DNA from: an uncultured Acidobacteriota bacterium
GTDB taxonomy: Bacteria > Acidobacteriota > Terriglobia > Bryobacterales > Bryobacteraceae
Assembly (NCBI GenBank): GCA_963823105.1
Contig: CAWGKC010000003.1
Span: 119,965 to 183,964 of the forward strand
Direction of reading: 5' to 3'
DNA length: 64,000 nucleotides
Position 1 is the stretch's first letter. Each line of letters opens with the position of its first letter. Under the pieces are notes generated by a model. The model was given only the letters and a program-made list of their open reading frames with translations. It was not told where the DNA came from and made no database searches. Positions 9,700 to 18,579 of this stretch are shown here, piece by piece. Made by a program: the position numbers and the translations under genes.

Positions 9700-10509
9700 A
9701 TGAATGAGGATCGTCCAACCGCGGGCCGGCGCTTCGAGCGTCTGGTGGAAATTCTCGCCGCCTTGCGCGCGCCCGGCGGCTGCCCTTGGGACCGCGAACA
9801 GAACTTCGACACCATTAAACCGTATCTTTTGGAGGAGACATACGAAGTCCTCGACTCCATCGACGCCCGCGATTGGAACGGCCTAGCCGACGAGCTCGGA
9901 GACCTCTTGCTCCAAGTCGTCTTCTTCTCCCAGATGGCCGCAGAGGAGGGCCTCTTCTCGATCGAAGACTCCCTCGACGCCATCAACGCCAAACTCATCC
10001 GTCGCCATCCGCATGTCTTCGGCGACGCCACCGCGGACACCGCCGGCGACGTCAAACGCAACTGGGACCGCATCAAAGCGGAGGAGCGCAAGGGCGTCGA
10101 AGCTCCAAGAGGTTTACTCGCCTCCGTTCCTCGCAACGCGCCCGCGCTGGTGGAGGCGAGCGCGCTCAGCGCCAAGGCCGCCGGCGCCGGCTTCGATTGG
10201 GAAAATCGCGCGCAAGTGACCGCGAAGCTCCATGAGGAACTCGACGAACTCGACCGCGCCTGCCTCGAGGGCGGCGCCGCCGAAATCGAGTCCGAGATCG
10301 GCGATCTGCTCTTCGTACTGGTCAACATGGCCCGCTTCGCCAAAGTCGACCCCGAGCAGGCCCTTCGAAAAACCAACGCGAAGTTCCGCCGCCGCTTCGG
10401 CCACATCGAAGACAGCGGCAAGGCGCTTGAAGCCATGGACATCGCCGAAATGGAAGCGCTGTGGCGGGAAGCGAAGACTTTGGAAAAGGCCGGGGCGCCG
10501 GCGGAATGA
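9700..10509 (+). CDS. mazG: Nucleoside triphosphate pyrophosphohydrolase MazG
   Basis: GCPWDREQNFDTIKPYLLEETYEVLD and the tandem second MazG domain (EELDELD..EIGDLLFVLVNMARF). Confidence 0.9.
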   Translation: MNEDRPTAGRRFERLVEILAALRAPGGCPWDREQNFDTIKPYLLEETYEVLDSIDARDWNGLADELGDLLLQVVFFSQMAAEEGLFSIEDSLDAINAKLIRRHPHVFGDATADTAGDVKRNWDRIKAEERKGVEAPRGLLASVPRNAPALVEASALSAKAAGAGFDWENRAQVTAKLHEELDELDRACLEGGAAEIESEIGDLLFVLVNMARFAKVDPEQALRKTNAKFRRRFGHIEDSGKALEAMDIAEMEALWREAKTLEKAGAPAE

Positions 10510-11240
10510 TCGAGACACGGGCGCTGACGGCGCAGGAGGAATTCGCCGAGGCCGTGCGGCTGCAACAGCGCATTTGGGGCTTCGAGGAGATCGAACTCCT
10601 CCCCGTGCGGCTATTCGTAGTGGCAACGAAGGTGGGCGGCCAGGCCTTCGGCGCTTTCGATGGAGGCCGCATGGTGGCCTTCTGTCTCGCCATTCCCGGA
10701 CTCAAACCCGGCGGCGGGACCTACCTGCACAGCCACATGCTGGGCGTGCTGCCCGAATACCGCAATGCCGGCGTAGGCCGCATGTTGAAACTCGAGCAGC
10801 GCAACGACGCTATCGCCCGCGGCATCGCACTGATCGAGTGGACCTTCGATCCCCTCGAACTCAAGAACGCCTATTTCAACATGGAGCGCCTCGGCGCCAT
10901 CGTCCGCCGCTATGTCTTCAATCAATACGGCACCACGTCCAGCCATCTTCATGGCGGCCTTCCGACCGACCGTTGCGTCGCCGAGTGGTGGGTCGCCGAT
11001 CCTCGCGTCGAAGCGATCCTCGAAGGCAGGCCCTTGCAGCGGCCCTTGATCGAAGCCCGCATCGTCGTGCCTACGGCCGTCGCCTCTCTCCGCCAAAGCG
11101 ATCCGAAAGCCGCGCGCGAAATTCAGCGCCGCGCCGGAGACGAATTCACCGAATATTTCCGCCGCGGCTTAGCCGTCGTCGGATTCGAACGAAGCGAGGA
11201 AGCGGGAACCTATCTGCTGGGAACATGGGAATCCAAATAG
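10506..11240 (+). CDS. GNAT-family N-acyltransferase (the type found fused or adjacent to MenC/NSAR genes)
   Basis: ATG at 10506 overlaps the mazG TGA (ATGA). Acyl-CoA binding region LGVLPEYRNAGVGRMLKLEQR. The part of ORF 10461..11240 upstream of 10506 is not needed. Confidence 0.7.
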   Translation: MIETRALTAQEEFAEAVRLQQRIWGFEEIELLPVRLFVVATKVGGQAFGAFDGGRMVAFCLAIPGLKPGGGTYLHSHMLGVLPEYRNAGVGRMLKLEQRNDAIARGIALIEWTFDPLELKNAYFNMERLGAIVRRYVFNQYGTTSSHLHGGLPTDRCVAEWWVADPRVEAILEGRPLQRPLIEARIVVPTAVASLRQSDPKAAREIQRRAGDEFTEYFRRGLAVVGFERSEEAGTYLLGTWESK

Positions 11241-12340
11241 ACAAGATCGTGCTGCGCCAGATCGCGCTGCCGCTGGTGCATTTCTTCGAAACCAGCTTCG
11301 GCCGCACCTACGGGCGCGAAATTATCGTCGTCGAAGTGGTCTCGAGCGGCCTCTCCGGCTGGGGCGAAGTCACCTGTGGCGAGAATCCCTTCTACAACGA
11401 AGAATGGACCGCCGCCGCCTGGCTTCTGTTGAAGGACTTCGCCATCCCGCGCGTGCTCCATCACCCGTTTGAAAACGCCGCGGGCGTCGCTCCGCGCCTC
11501 GAACACATTCGCGGCCATTACATGTCGCGCGGTGGCCTCGAAGCGGCCGCCTGGGACCTCGAAGCGCGGCAGAACGGCGTGCCTCTGTGGAAACAGATCG
11601 GCGGCGGCGCGCGGCGCGAAAATCCCTGCGGCGTTTCCATCGGTATCCAGGACACCGTCGACGCTCTGCTTCAAAAAATCGACGTCGAGCTAAACGCCGG
11701 CTACCAGCGCATCAAGATGAAGATCAAACCCGGCTGGGACGTGGAAGTTATCCGCGCCGTCCGCAAGCGCTTCCCCGATACCCTCCTCACCGCCGACGCC
11801 AATTCCGCCTATCGCCTCGCCGACGCCCCGCGCCTCAAGGCCCTCGACGAGTTCCATCTCATGATGATCGAGCAGCCCCTGGCCCACGATGAAATCATCG
11901 ACCACGCCGAACTGCAGGCCCAACTCGACACGCCCATCTGTCTCGACGAGTGCATCCGCACGGCCCACCACGCCGAACAGGCCATCCGCCTCAAGGCCTG
12001 CCGCATCATCAACATTAAGCTCGGCCGCGTCGGCGGCTTCTCAGGAGCTATCGCCGTCCACGACGTCGCGCAACGCCACGGCGTTCCCGTCTGGTGCGGC
12101 GGCATGCTGGAAGCCGGCATCGGCCGCGCCCACAACATCGCTCTTTCCACCCTGCCCAACTTCACCCTCCCCGGCGACGTCTCCGCCAGCAAGCGCTATT
12201 GGGCGCACGACATCATCCAGCCGGAGGTGGAAGTGACTCCGCGCGGCGCCATCGAGATTCGCGACGATCCAGGCTTCGGCTACGATCTGGATATGGACTT
12301 TCTGCGGAGCGTCACCGTCCGCCAGGAGTCTTTCTCCTAG
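11225..12340 (+). CDS. Enolase-superfamily enzyme of the MLE subgroup (o-succinylbenzoate synthase / N-acyl(succinyl)amino-acid racemase type)
   Basis: MGIQIDKIVLRQIALPL..., KxK motif YQRIKMKIKPG, and metal-ligand regions LTADANSAY, MMIEQPL, CLDECI. The long N-terminal extension of ORF 10232..12340 is Arg-rich nonsense. Confidence 0.85.
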   Translation: MGIQIDKIVLRQIALPLVHFFETSFGRTYGREIIVVEVVSSGLSGWGEVTCGENPFYNEEWTAAAWLLLKDFAIPRVLHHPFENAAGVAPRLEHIRGHYMSRGGLEAAAWDLEARQNGVPLWKQIGGGARRENPCGVSIGIQDTVDALLQKIDVELNAGYQRIKMKIKPGWDVEVIRAVRKRFPDTLLTADANSAYRLADAPRLKALDEFHLMMIEQPLAHDEIIDHAELQAQLDTPICLDECIRTAHHAEQAIRLKACRIINIKLGRVGGFSGAIAVHDVAQRHGVPVWCGGMLEAGIGRAHNIALSTLPNFTLPGDVSASKRYWAHDIIQPEVEVTPRGAIEIRDDPGFGYDLDMDFLRSVTVRQESFS

Positions 12341-12352
12341 GCCGGAGCGCCG

Positions 12353-13645
12353 ATGTCCGAGTTCTTCGACCTCCTCAAAAACAACCGCAACTACCGTTTC
12401 ACTTGGTCCGGCCAAGTCGTCAGCGAAATCGGCGATCACTTCAACAACATCGCCGTCTTCGGCCTCGCCCTCGACATCACCCACTCCGGAATGGTCGTCA
12501 CCGGCGTCATGCTCTCGCGCGCCATCCCCGCCGTCCTCGCCGGTCCTCTCGCCGGCGTCGTGCTCGACCGCATGGACCGCAAGCGCATCATGATCGCGAG
12601 CGACCTCGTCCGCGCCGTCACCGCGCTCGGCTTCATCCTCGCATTGCGCACCCACCAAGCCTCGCTGCTCTACATCTTCAGCGCCCTGCTCATGTTCGCG
12701 TCGCCGTTCTTCACCAGCGGCCGCGCCTCCATCCTCCCCTCCATCGCCAGCGAAGACGAACTCCACACCGCCAACTCGGTCACCCAAACCACCCAGTGGA
12801 TGACGCTCACCCTGGGCGCGTTCCTCGGCGGCTTAAGCGCGCTCGTCGGCTACGAGTGGGCGTTCCTGTTCAACGCGCTCTCCTTCGTCTTCTCGGCCGC
12901 CTGCATCTCGCAGCTCCGCGTCTCAGGCGCCGGCTTCCGCGCCGAACGCCCGCAATTGAACGAATCCCAGGTCGTCCGCCCCTGGCACGAATACACCGAA
13001 GGCCTGCGCTACATGCGCGCCACGCCGCTCATCTTCGGCATTTCGTTGATCGCCGTCGGCTGGGCCACCGGCGGTGGCGCGGCCCAAATCCTCTTCAGCC
13101 TTTTCGGCGAACTCGTTTTCCACCGCGGCACCGTCGGCATCGGAATGATCTGGGGCTGCGCCGGCGTCGGACTCGTCGTCGGCGGCGTCTTCGCTCACTG
13201 GCTCGGCCGCCGCGTCTCTTTCGAAGGCTATAAGAAAACCGTCTTCCTCTGCTACCTCATACACGGCGGCGCCTACGTCGTCTTCAGCCAGATGCGCTCC
13301 TTCTATTGGGCCCTGTTCTTCATCGGCCTCTCGCGCGCCTCGGTGGCCGTCAGCTCCGTCATGAACTTCGCCCAGCTCCTCAAACACGTCTCCAACCAAT
13401 TCCGCGGTCGCGTGTTTTCCACCATCGAGACCATGAACTGGGCCACCATGATGCTGTCGATGATGGGCGCGGGCATCGCCTCGCAACGCTTCAGCCCCCG
13501 CGCCATCGGCGCCGTCGCCGGACTCCTCAGCTCCTCCACCGCCATCTTCTGGGGATGGGCCAACTGGACCGGACGTCTTCCCCAACCGGCCTGCGAGGGC
13601 GTCGAAGCCGATGAAGTGGAGATCCACGGCGACCCCGTGATGTGA
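12353..13645 (+). CDS. MFS transporter (EntS/DUF894-like)
   Basis: 430 aa, about 12 predicted TM helices. Conserved loop GPLAGVVLDRMDRKRIM between TM2 and TM3. Confidence 0.8.
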   Translation: MSEFFDLLKNNRNYRFTWSGQVVSEIGDHFNNIAVFGLALDITHSGMVVTGVMLSRAIPAVLAGPLAGVVLDRMDRKRIMIASDLVRAVTALGFILALRTHQASLLYIFSALLMFASPFFTSGRASILPSIASEDELHTANSVTQTTQWMTLTLGAFLGGLSALVGYEWAFLFNALSFVFSAACISQLRVSGAGFRAERPQLNESQVVRPWHEYTEGLRYMRATPLIFGISLIAVGWATGGGAAQILFSLFGELVFHRGTVGIGMIWGCAGVGLVVGGVFAHWLGRRVSFEGYKKTVFLCYLIHGGAYVVFSQMRSFYWALFFIGLSRASVAVSSVMNFAQLLKHVSNQFRGRVFSTIETMNWATMMLSMMGAGIASQRFSPRAIGAVAGLLSSSTAIFWGWANWTGRLPQPACEGVEADEVEIHGDPVM

Positions 13646-14376
13646 CCCGCATGGAGGACCGGATGAATTCCAATCGCGTCGTTCTCGTGACCGGAGCGGC
13701 CAAGCGCATCGGCCGCGGCATCGCCCTGCGCCTTTCCAAAGAAGGTTATCGCGTCGCCATCCATTACCACTCCTCCGAAGCCGAGGCCCGCGCGACGGCC
13801 GCCGAGTGCGGAGGAGCCGAGCTGTTCCGCGCCAACCTCGAAAGCGTCCCCGAAATCCAGGCCATGTTCGCCGAAATCGACCGCCGCCTCGGCGGCCTCT
13901 ACGGCCTCGTCAACAACGCCGCCCGCTTCACCCGCTCCGATCCCCTCGACCTCACCGAGGCCGATTGGGACTTCATCCACAGCGTCAATCTGAAGGCCAC
14001 CTTCTTCTGCGCCCAACAAGCCGCCCGGCTAATGTTGCGAGCCGGCGAAGGCCGCATCGTCAACATCAGCTCCCTCGGCGCCATCCGCCCTTGGGCCGAA
14101 CACGCCCACTATTGCGCCTCCAAGGCCGGCGTCGTCATGTTGACCCGCGCCCTCGCCAAGGCCTGGGCACCCCGCGTCACCGTCAACTCCGTCGCCCCCG
14201 GCGTCATCCCCTTCGACGATCTCGACGCCCGCTCGGAGGCCATGGTCCAAGCCACGCCCGCCGCCCGCCCCGGCACCGCCGATGAAATCGCCACCGCCGT
14301 CCTCTATTTCCTGAACGCCACCAATTTCGTCACCGGCCAGCTCCTCGCGGTCGATGGCGGCTTAAGCCAGCGCTAA
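13642..14376 (+). CDS. SDR-family oxidoreductase (pteridine/FolM-like subgroup possible)
   Basis: VLVTGAAKRIGRGIA cofactor motif, NNA, and the S...YCASKAG catalytic YxxxK. GTG start overlaps the MFS stop (GTGA). Confidence 0.85.
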   Translation: MTRMEDRMNSNRVVLVTGAAKRIGRGIALRLSKEGYRVAIHYHSSEAEARATAAECGGAELFRANLESVPEIQAMFAEIDRRLGGLYGLVNNAARFTRSDPLDLTEADWDFIHSVNLKATFFCAQQAARLMLRAGEGRIVNISSLGAIRPWAEHAHYCASKAGVVMLTRALAKAWAPRVTVNSVAPGVIPFDDLDARSEAMVQATPAARPGTADEIATAVLYFLNATNFVTGQLLAVDGGLSQR

Positions 14377-14416
14377 ATCCACTCACATTCCCGCCCGCGC
14401 AAGCGATAAGAAACCC

Positions 14417-14995
14417 GTGGATCGCTTTCTCGAAGACGCGGCCGGCCTGCTCGAAAGCGCCGAAGCGGCCGCCCATTCCGGCGAAGCGAAAGACTTCACC
14501 ATCGTCCTCGGCCCCACGGGCATTCGTATGACCTCCGACTGCGATTGGCCGATCGAATCCCTCCGCGCCCACGAAGGCGCCCGCACCGTTTATCGGCTCA
14601 CCACCCATTCCGGCCGCGTGCGCATCGAAGGCGTTGAACGCGGCCGCACCTGCCGCCTCGAAAGCCAACCTGCCGCTCGCCTCGAGCGCCTTTTACCCGC
14701 CTACTTTCCCCAATACGAAATCGCCGCGCCGCAACGCCGCATTGCTTTCCTCCTCATCCGTCCGTTATTCTTGAAGACATTAAGTCCGGCGCGGCGTGCG
14801 CGCCAAATCCTCTTCGCTCCGTTCGCGAAACCATCCTCAGCCATTCGTTCAGGAAGGTGCGCCTATGTCTCTACGTGGGTTTCGCGAAGCGGGCAATCCC
14901 CCTACACTCGTCTCCGCGTTTCTCTACTTCGACGTCAGCTTCATGGTCTGGGTAATCCTCGGCCCGCTCGGGCCCTTCATCGGGGAAGCGTATAA
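14417..14995 (+). CDS. Hypothetical protein; only the first ~100 codons look coding and the 3' end is unreliable
   Basis: ORF 14417..14995. The N-terminal part (MDRFLEDAAGLLESAEAAAHSGEAKDFTIVLGPTGIRMTSDCDWPIESLRAHEG...) has ordinary composition. The last ~90 codons are Arg/Ser/Leu-rich and overlap the narK start by 131 nt. Confidence 0.35.
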   Translation: MDRFLEDAAGLLESAEAAAHSGEAKDFTIVLGPTGIRMTSDCDWPIESLRAHEGARTVYRLTTHSGRVRIEGVERGRTCRLESQPAARLERLLPAYFPQYEIAAPQRRIAFLLIRPLFLKTLSPARRARQILFAPFAKPSSAIRSGRCAYVSTWVSRSGQSPYTRLRVSLLRRQLHGLGNPRPARALHRGSV

Positions 14996-16118
14996 GCTTT
15001 CCGCAACTCAAAAAGGCCTCCTCACCGCGCTCCCGTTGCTCGGCGGCTCGTTCTTCCGTCCCATTCTCGGCTGGATGACGGAGCGCTTCGGCGGACGCGC
15101 TACGGGCTTGACCGGCTTGGCCTTCACCCTCCTCCCGTTGCTCGCCGGCTGGCTCTGGGCGTCCAATTTCTCCGATTTTCTCGCCGTCGGCCTTCTCCTT
15201 GGCATCGCCGGAGCGAGCTTCGCCGCCGCTCTGCCGCTCGCCAGTTCGTGGTACCCGCCGGAACATCAAGGTCTGGCCATGGGCATCGCCGGCGCCGGCA
15301 ATTCCGGTACCTTGTTGGCCACGCTCTTCGCCCCGCGCATCGCGCAGGCCATCGGATGGCACAACGTTTTCGGTGTCGCGGCCGTTCCCGTCGTCGCCGT
15401 GTGGATCGTCTTCTTCCTCTTCGCAAAGAACGCCCCCGGCGCGCGGCCCGTCAAACGCTGGGCCGATTATGCCTCGCTGCTCAAGCTCGGCGATACCGCG
15501 TGGTTCTGTTTTTTGTATAGCCTCACCTTCGGCGGCTTCGTCGGCTTGGCCAGCTACCTGTCCATCTTTTTTCACGATCAATACCACCTGACCAAAGTGC
15601 AGGCCGGCGACTTCACCACCGTCGTCGTCTTCTCCGGCAGTTTCCTCCGGCCCGTCGGCGGAGTGTTGGCAGACCGCTTCGGCGGCCACCGCATGCTGCT
15701 CGCTATGTTGGCCGGCGCCGCCGTCTGCCTCGCCGGCGTTTCCTCCTTGCCTCCCGCATGGGTCGCGCTGGGAATTCTCGCCGTCGGCATGGCCATGCTC
15801 GGCATGGGGAACGGCTCGGTTTTCCAACTGGTTCCTCAGCGCTTCCCCGATCGCGTCGGAATCATGACCGGCATCGTCGGCGCCGCCGGCGGCTTCGGTG
15901 GATTCCTTCTGCCCTCCATCCTCGGTTCCGTCAAAGACCGCACCGGAAGCTTCGGCATCGGCTTCGCCATCCTCACCGTTTCCATGGCCGCCGGTGTCGT
16001 TGCCTTGATCTATCTGCGGAGCGTCTGGAGCCGCGCTTGGTCTCCCGCCGCCGCCGCCCGCGCCGGATTGACGCCGCCCGCCGAAGTTCCCGCGAACGTC
16101 TATGCCGCTTCCGCTTAA
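14865..16118 (+). CDS. narK: MFS nitrate/nitrite transporter NarK/NasA-type
   Basis: ATG 14865 preceded by AGGAAGG. Two nitrate-nitrite porter signatures (GIAGAGNSGTLLA and GMGNGSVFQLVPQRF). 12-TM layout. Confidence 0.85.
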   Translation: MSLRGFREAGNPPTLVSAFLYFDVSFMVWVILGPLGPFIGEAYKLSATQKGLLTALPLLGGSFFRPILGWMTERFGGRATGLTGLAFTLLPLLAGWLWASNFSDFLAVGLLLGIAGASFAAALPLASSWYPPEHQGLAMGIAGAGNSGTLLATLFAPRIAQAIGWHNVFGVAAVPVVAVWIVFFLFAKNAPGARPVKRWADYASLLKLGDTAWFCFLYSLTFGGFVGLASYLSIFFHDQYHLTKVQAGDFTTVVVFSGSFLRPVGGVLADRFGGHRMLLAMLAGAAVCLAGVSSLPPAWVALGILAVGMAMLGMGNGSVFQLVPQRFPDRVGIMTGIVGAAGGFGGFLLPSILGSVKDRTGSFGIGFAILTVSMAAGVVALIYLRSVWSRAWSPAAAARAGLTPPAEVPANVYAASA

Positions 16119-18204
16119 CGTCGCCGCGCCGGCCGAAGTCTGCGAGACTCACTGCCCTTATTGCGCCCTTCAATGCGGCATGAACCTGGTCCGCGAAGAA
16201 GGCGCCTTCTCCATCGCCGCACGCAACTTCCCCACCAACCGCGGCGGCCTCTGTCAAAAAGGATGGACCGCCGCCGCGCTGTTGAATCACCGCGAGCGTT
16301 TGTTGTCCCCTCTTATTCGCGATGCCAAAGGCGGCCAATTGCGGCCCGCGTCGTGGGACGAAGCGCTCGATCGAATCGTCTCGGGCATTCGCGGCGTTCA
16401 AAATAAATACGGCCCCGACGCCGTTGGCGTCTTCGGCGGCGGCGGCTTGACCAACGAAAAAGCCTACCTGCTCGGCAAGTTCGCCCGCGTCGCCCTCGGC
16501 ACTTCGCAAATCGATTATAACGGCCGCTTTTGCATGGCCTCCGCTGCCGCCGCCGCGATCAAGGCCTTCGGCGTCGATCGCGGCCTTCCGTTCCCCTTGG
16601 ACGACATCCCCGGCGCGCGGACCATCCTTCTTATCGGAAGCAACGCCGCCGAAACCATGCCGCCTGTCATGCAGTATTTCCAGGCCCAGCGCGCCCGAGG
16701 CGGATCGTTGATCGTCGTCGACCCGCGCGCCACGCCCACCGCCGCCACCGCGACTCTCCATTTGCAGATCACGCCCGGCGCCGACGCCGCGCTCGCCAAC
16801 GGGCTTCTCTACATCGCCATGAAAGAAGGCTGGCTCGACGAAGCGTTCATCGCCGCGCGAACCTCCGGCTTCGAAGCCGTGCGCCGCGCCGCCTCCTCCT
16901 ATTGGCCCGATCGCGTAGAACGCATCACCGGAATCTCGGCCACGCAACTCGCCTCCGCCGCGCGTATGTTAGGCCAAGCCAAGACCGCAATGATTCTCAC
17001 CGCCCGCGGCCCCGAACAACAGTCCAAGGGCGTGGACAACGTTCTCGCCTTCATCAATCTGGCCCTGGCGCTGGGAAAAGTCGGCAAGCCTCACTGCGGC
17101 TATGGCTGTCTCACCGGCCAGGGCAACGGACAGGGCGGCCGCGAGCACGGCCAAAAAGCCGATCAGTTGCCCGGCTACCGCAAGATCGACAATCCCGAAC
17201 ATCGCGCCCACATTGCCCGCATCTGGGACGTGCCCGAAGCCTCGATTCCCGGTCCCGGCGTCTCCGCCTACGAGATGCTGGACCGCTTGGGGACCGATGG
17301 CGGAGTCCGCGCCCTGCTCGTTTTCGGATCGAACATCGCCGTATCCGCCCCGCGCGCCGGACACATCGAGAAGCGTTTGGAAGCCCTCGATCTCCTCGTC
17401 GTCTCCGACTTCTTTCTCGCCGAAACCGCCGCGAAAGCCGACGTCGTTCTCCCGTCCGCGCAGTGGGCCGAAGAGGAAGGAACCATGACCAACCTCGAAG
17501 GCCGCGTGCTGTTGCGGAAAAAAGCCACCGACCCGCCCGATGGAGTGAAAACGGATCTCGAGGCGATCGCCGCCATCGCCGCGCGCCTCGGCGCCGGCCG
17601 TCACTTTCCATCGGAACCCTCCGCCGTATTCGATGAACTGCGCCGCGCCTCCGCCGGCGGCGTCGCCGATTACGCCGGAATCACCTATGACCGCATCGCC
17701 CGTGAAGATGGCGTCTTCTGGCCATGCCCGGACGAAAACCATCCCGGAACGCCTCGACTTTTTGAAGATCGTTTCTTCACCGCCGACGGCCGCGCGCGTT
17801 TTCACGCCGTCGAACACCGCCCCTCCGCCGAAGAGCCCGACGCCGAGTTCCCCCTCTACCTCACCACCGGACGCGTGATGGCCCATTACCAATCCGGCGC
17901 GCAGACCCGCCGCGTGGCCGAACTGCTGCAGGCCTCCCCTCAGGCCCGCGTGCAGATTCATCCCTCGATCGCCAGAAGCTACGGCATCGCCGAAGGCGAC
18001 ATCGTGCGTCTCACCACGCGGCGCGGCGAGGCGGCGATGACCGCGCAACTCACGCCAACGATCCGTATGGATACCGTCTTCGTGCCGTTTCATTTCGGCG
18101 GGCGCGAGCGGGCGAATCTGTTAACCAATCCCGCCCTCGACCCCACTTCCAAAATGCCCGAATTCAAAGTGTGCGCGGTGCGAATCGCCAAAGGAAACTT
18201 ATGA
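16102..18204 (+). CDS. nasA: Assimilatory nitrate reductase catalytic subunit (molybdopterin oxidoreductase)
   Basis: N-terminal 4Fe-4S motif CPYCALQCGM...GGLCQKG, molybdopterin-binding body and C-terminal MopB barrel (VQIHPSIARSYGIAEGDIVRLTTRRGE...FVPFHFG). Sits between narK and nirBD. Confidence 0.9.
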   Translation: MPLPLNVAAPAEVCETHCPYCALQCGMNLVREEGAFSIAARNFPTNRGGLCQKGWTAAALLNHRERLLSPLIRDAKGGQLRPASWDEALDRIVSGIRGVQNKYGPDAVGVFGGGGLTNEKAYLLGKFARVALGTSQIDYNGRFCMASAAAAAIKAFGVDRGLPFPLDDIPGARTILLIGSNAAETMPPVMQYFQAQRARGGSLIVVDPRATPTAATATLHLQITPGADAALANGLLYIAMKEGWLDEAFIAARTSGFEAVRRAASSYWPDRVERITGISATQLASAARMLGQAKTAMILTARGPEQQSKGVDNVLAFINLALALGKVGKPHCGYGCLTGQGNGQGGREHGQKADQLPGYRKIDNPEHRAHIARIWDVPEASIPGPGVSAYEMLDRLGTDGGVRALLVFGSNIAVSAPRAGHIEKRLEALDLLVVSDFFLAETAAKADVVLPSAQWAEEEGTMTNLEGRVLLRKKATDPPDGVKTDLEAIAAIAARLGAGRHFPSEPSAVFDELRRASAGGVADYAGITYDRIAREDGVFWPCPDENHPGTPRLFEDRFFTADGRARFHAVEHRPSAEEPDAEFPLYLTTGRVMAHYQSGAQTRRVAELLQASPQARVQIHPSIARSYGIAEGDIVRLTTRRGEAAMTAQLTPTIRMDTVFVPFHFGGRERANLLTNPALDPTSKMPEFKVCAVRIAKGNL

Positions 18205-18548
18205 TCGAGAAACCGAAATTCCTCCAAGGCCTTTATCCTTTCGAAGGCTCGGGTTTGGATAAGCCGGGCCCCCTGAGTCCTCCGGTCCGCTACGTGACGC
18301 CGGCCGACAAGCGCGCGCAATTCGTGTACTTGCGCGCCGGCAACGCCGCGCCGGAGATGATTTACCTCCTCATGAAGCGCGATGGCAAGCCGATGCGCTA
18401 CTTCCCAGTGGCGGCCAAAGGCGCCATCCATGTGCCCCTCAGCGTCGTCGAGGATCTTCTTCCTGAAACGGTGCTGGAGTTGGAAGTCGCGGCGCCGGCG
18501 GGTATGAAAGGCGCGGTCGTGATCGATATCGGGTTAGTGGAGATCTGA
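18201..18548 (+). CDS. Small conserved-looking hypothetical protein embedded in the nas operon (115 aa, no Cys)
   Basis: ATG 18201 overlaps the nasA TGA (ATGA). Coding-like composition. nirB starts 31 nt downstream. No motif I can assign. Confidence 0.6.
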   Translation: MIEKPKFLQGLYPFEGSGLDKPGPLSPPVRYVTPADKRAQFVYLRAGNAAPEMIYLLMKRDGKPMRYFPVAAKGAIHVPLSVVEDLLPETVLELEVAAPAGMKGAVVIDIGLVEI

Positions 18549-18579
18549 GCGGCGGACACCCGGACGGATTGGAGATACA

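Noticed and set aside
10232-11224. N-terminal 330 codons of ORF 10232..12340.
   Set aside because: Arg-rich nonsense overlapping mazG and the GNAT gene in other frames. The enolase-superfamily homology starts at ATG 11225.
14796-14864. ORF-track start of narK at 14796, and similar 5' extensions for the S9 peptidase (38333), kinase (40395), queE (52591) and queC (53721).
   Set aside because: The extensions are Arg/Ser-rich and lack family similarity. Internal starts have SD-like sequences or 4-nt start/stop overlaps and give proteins of normal family length.
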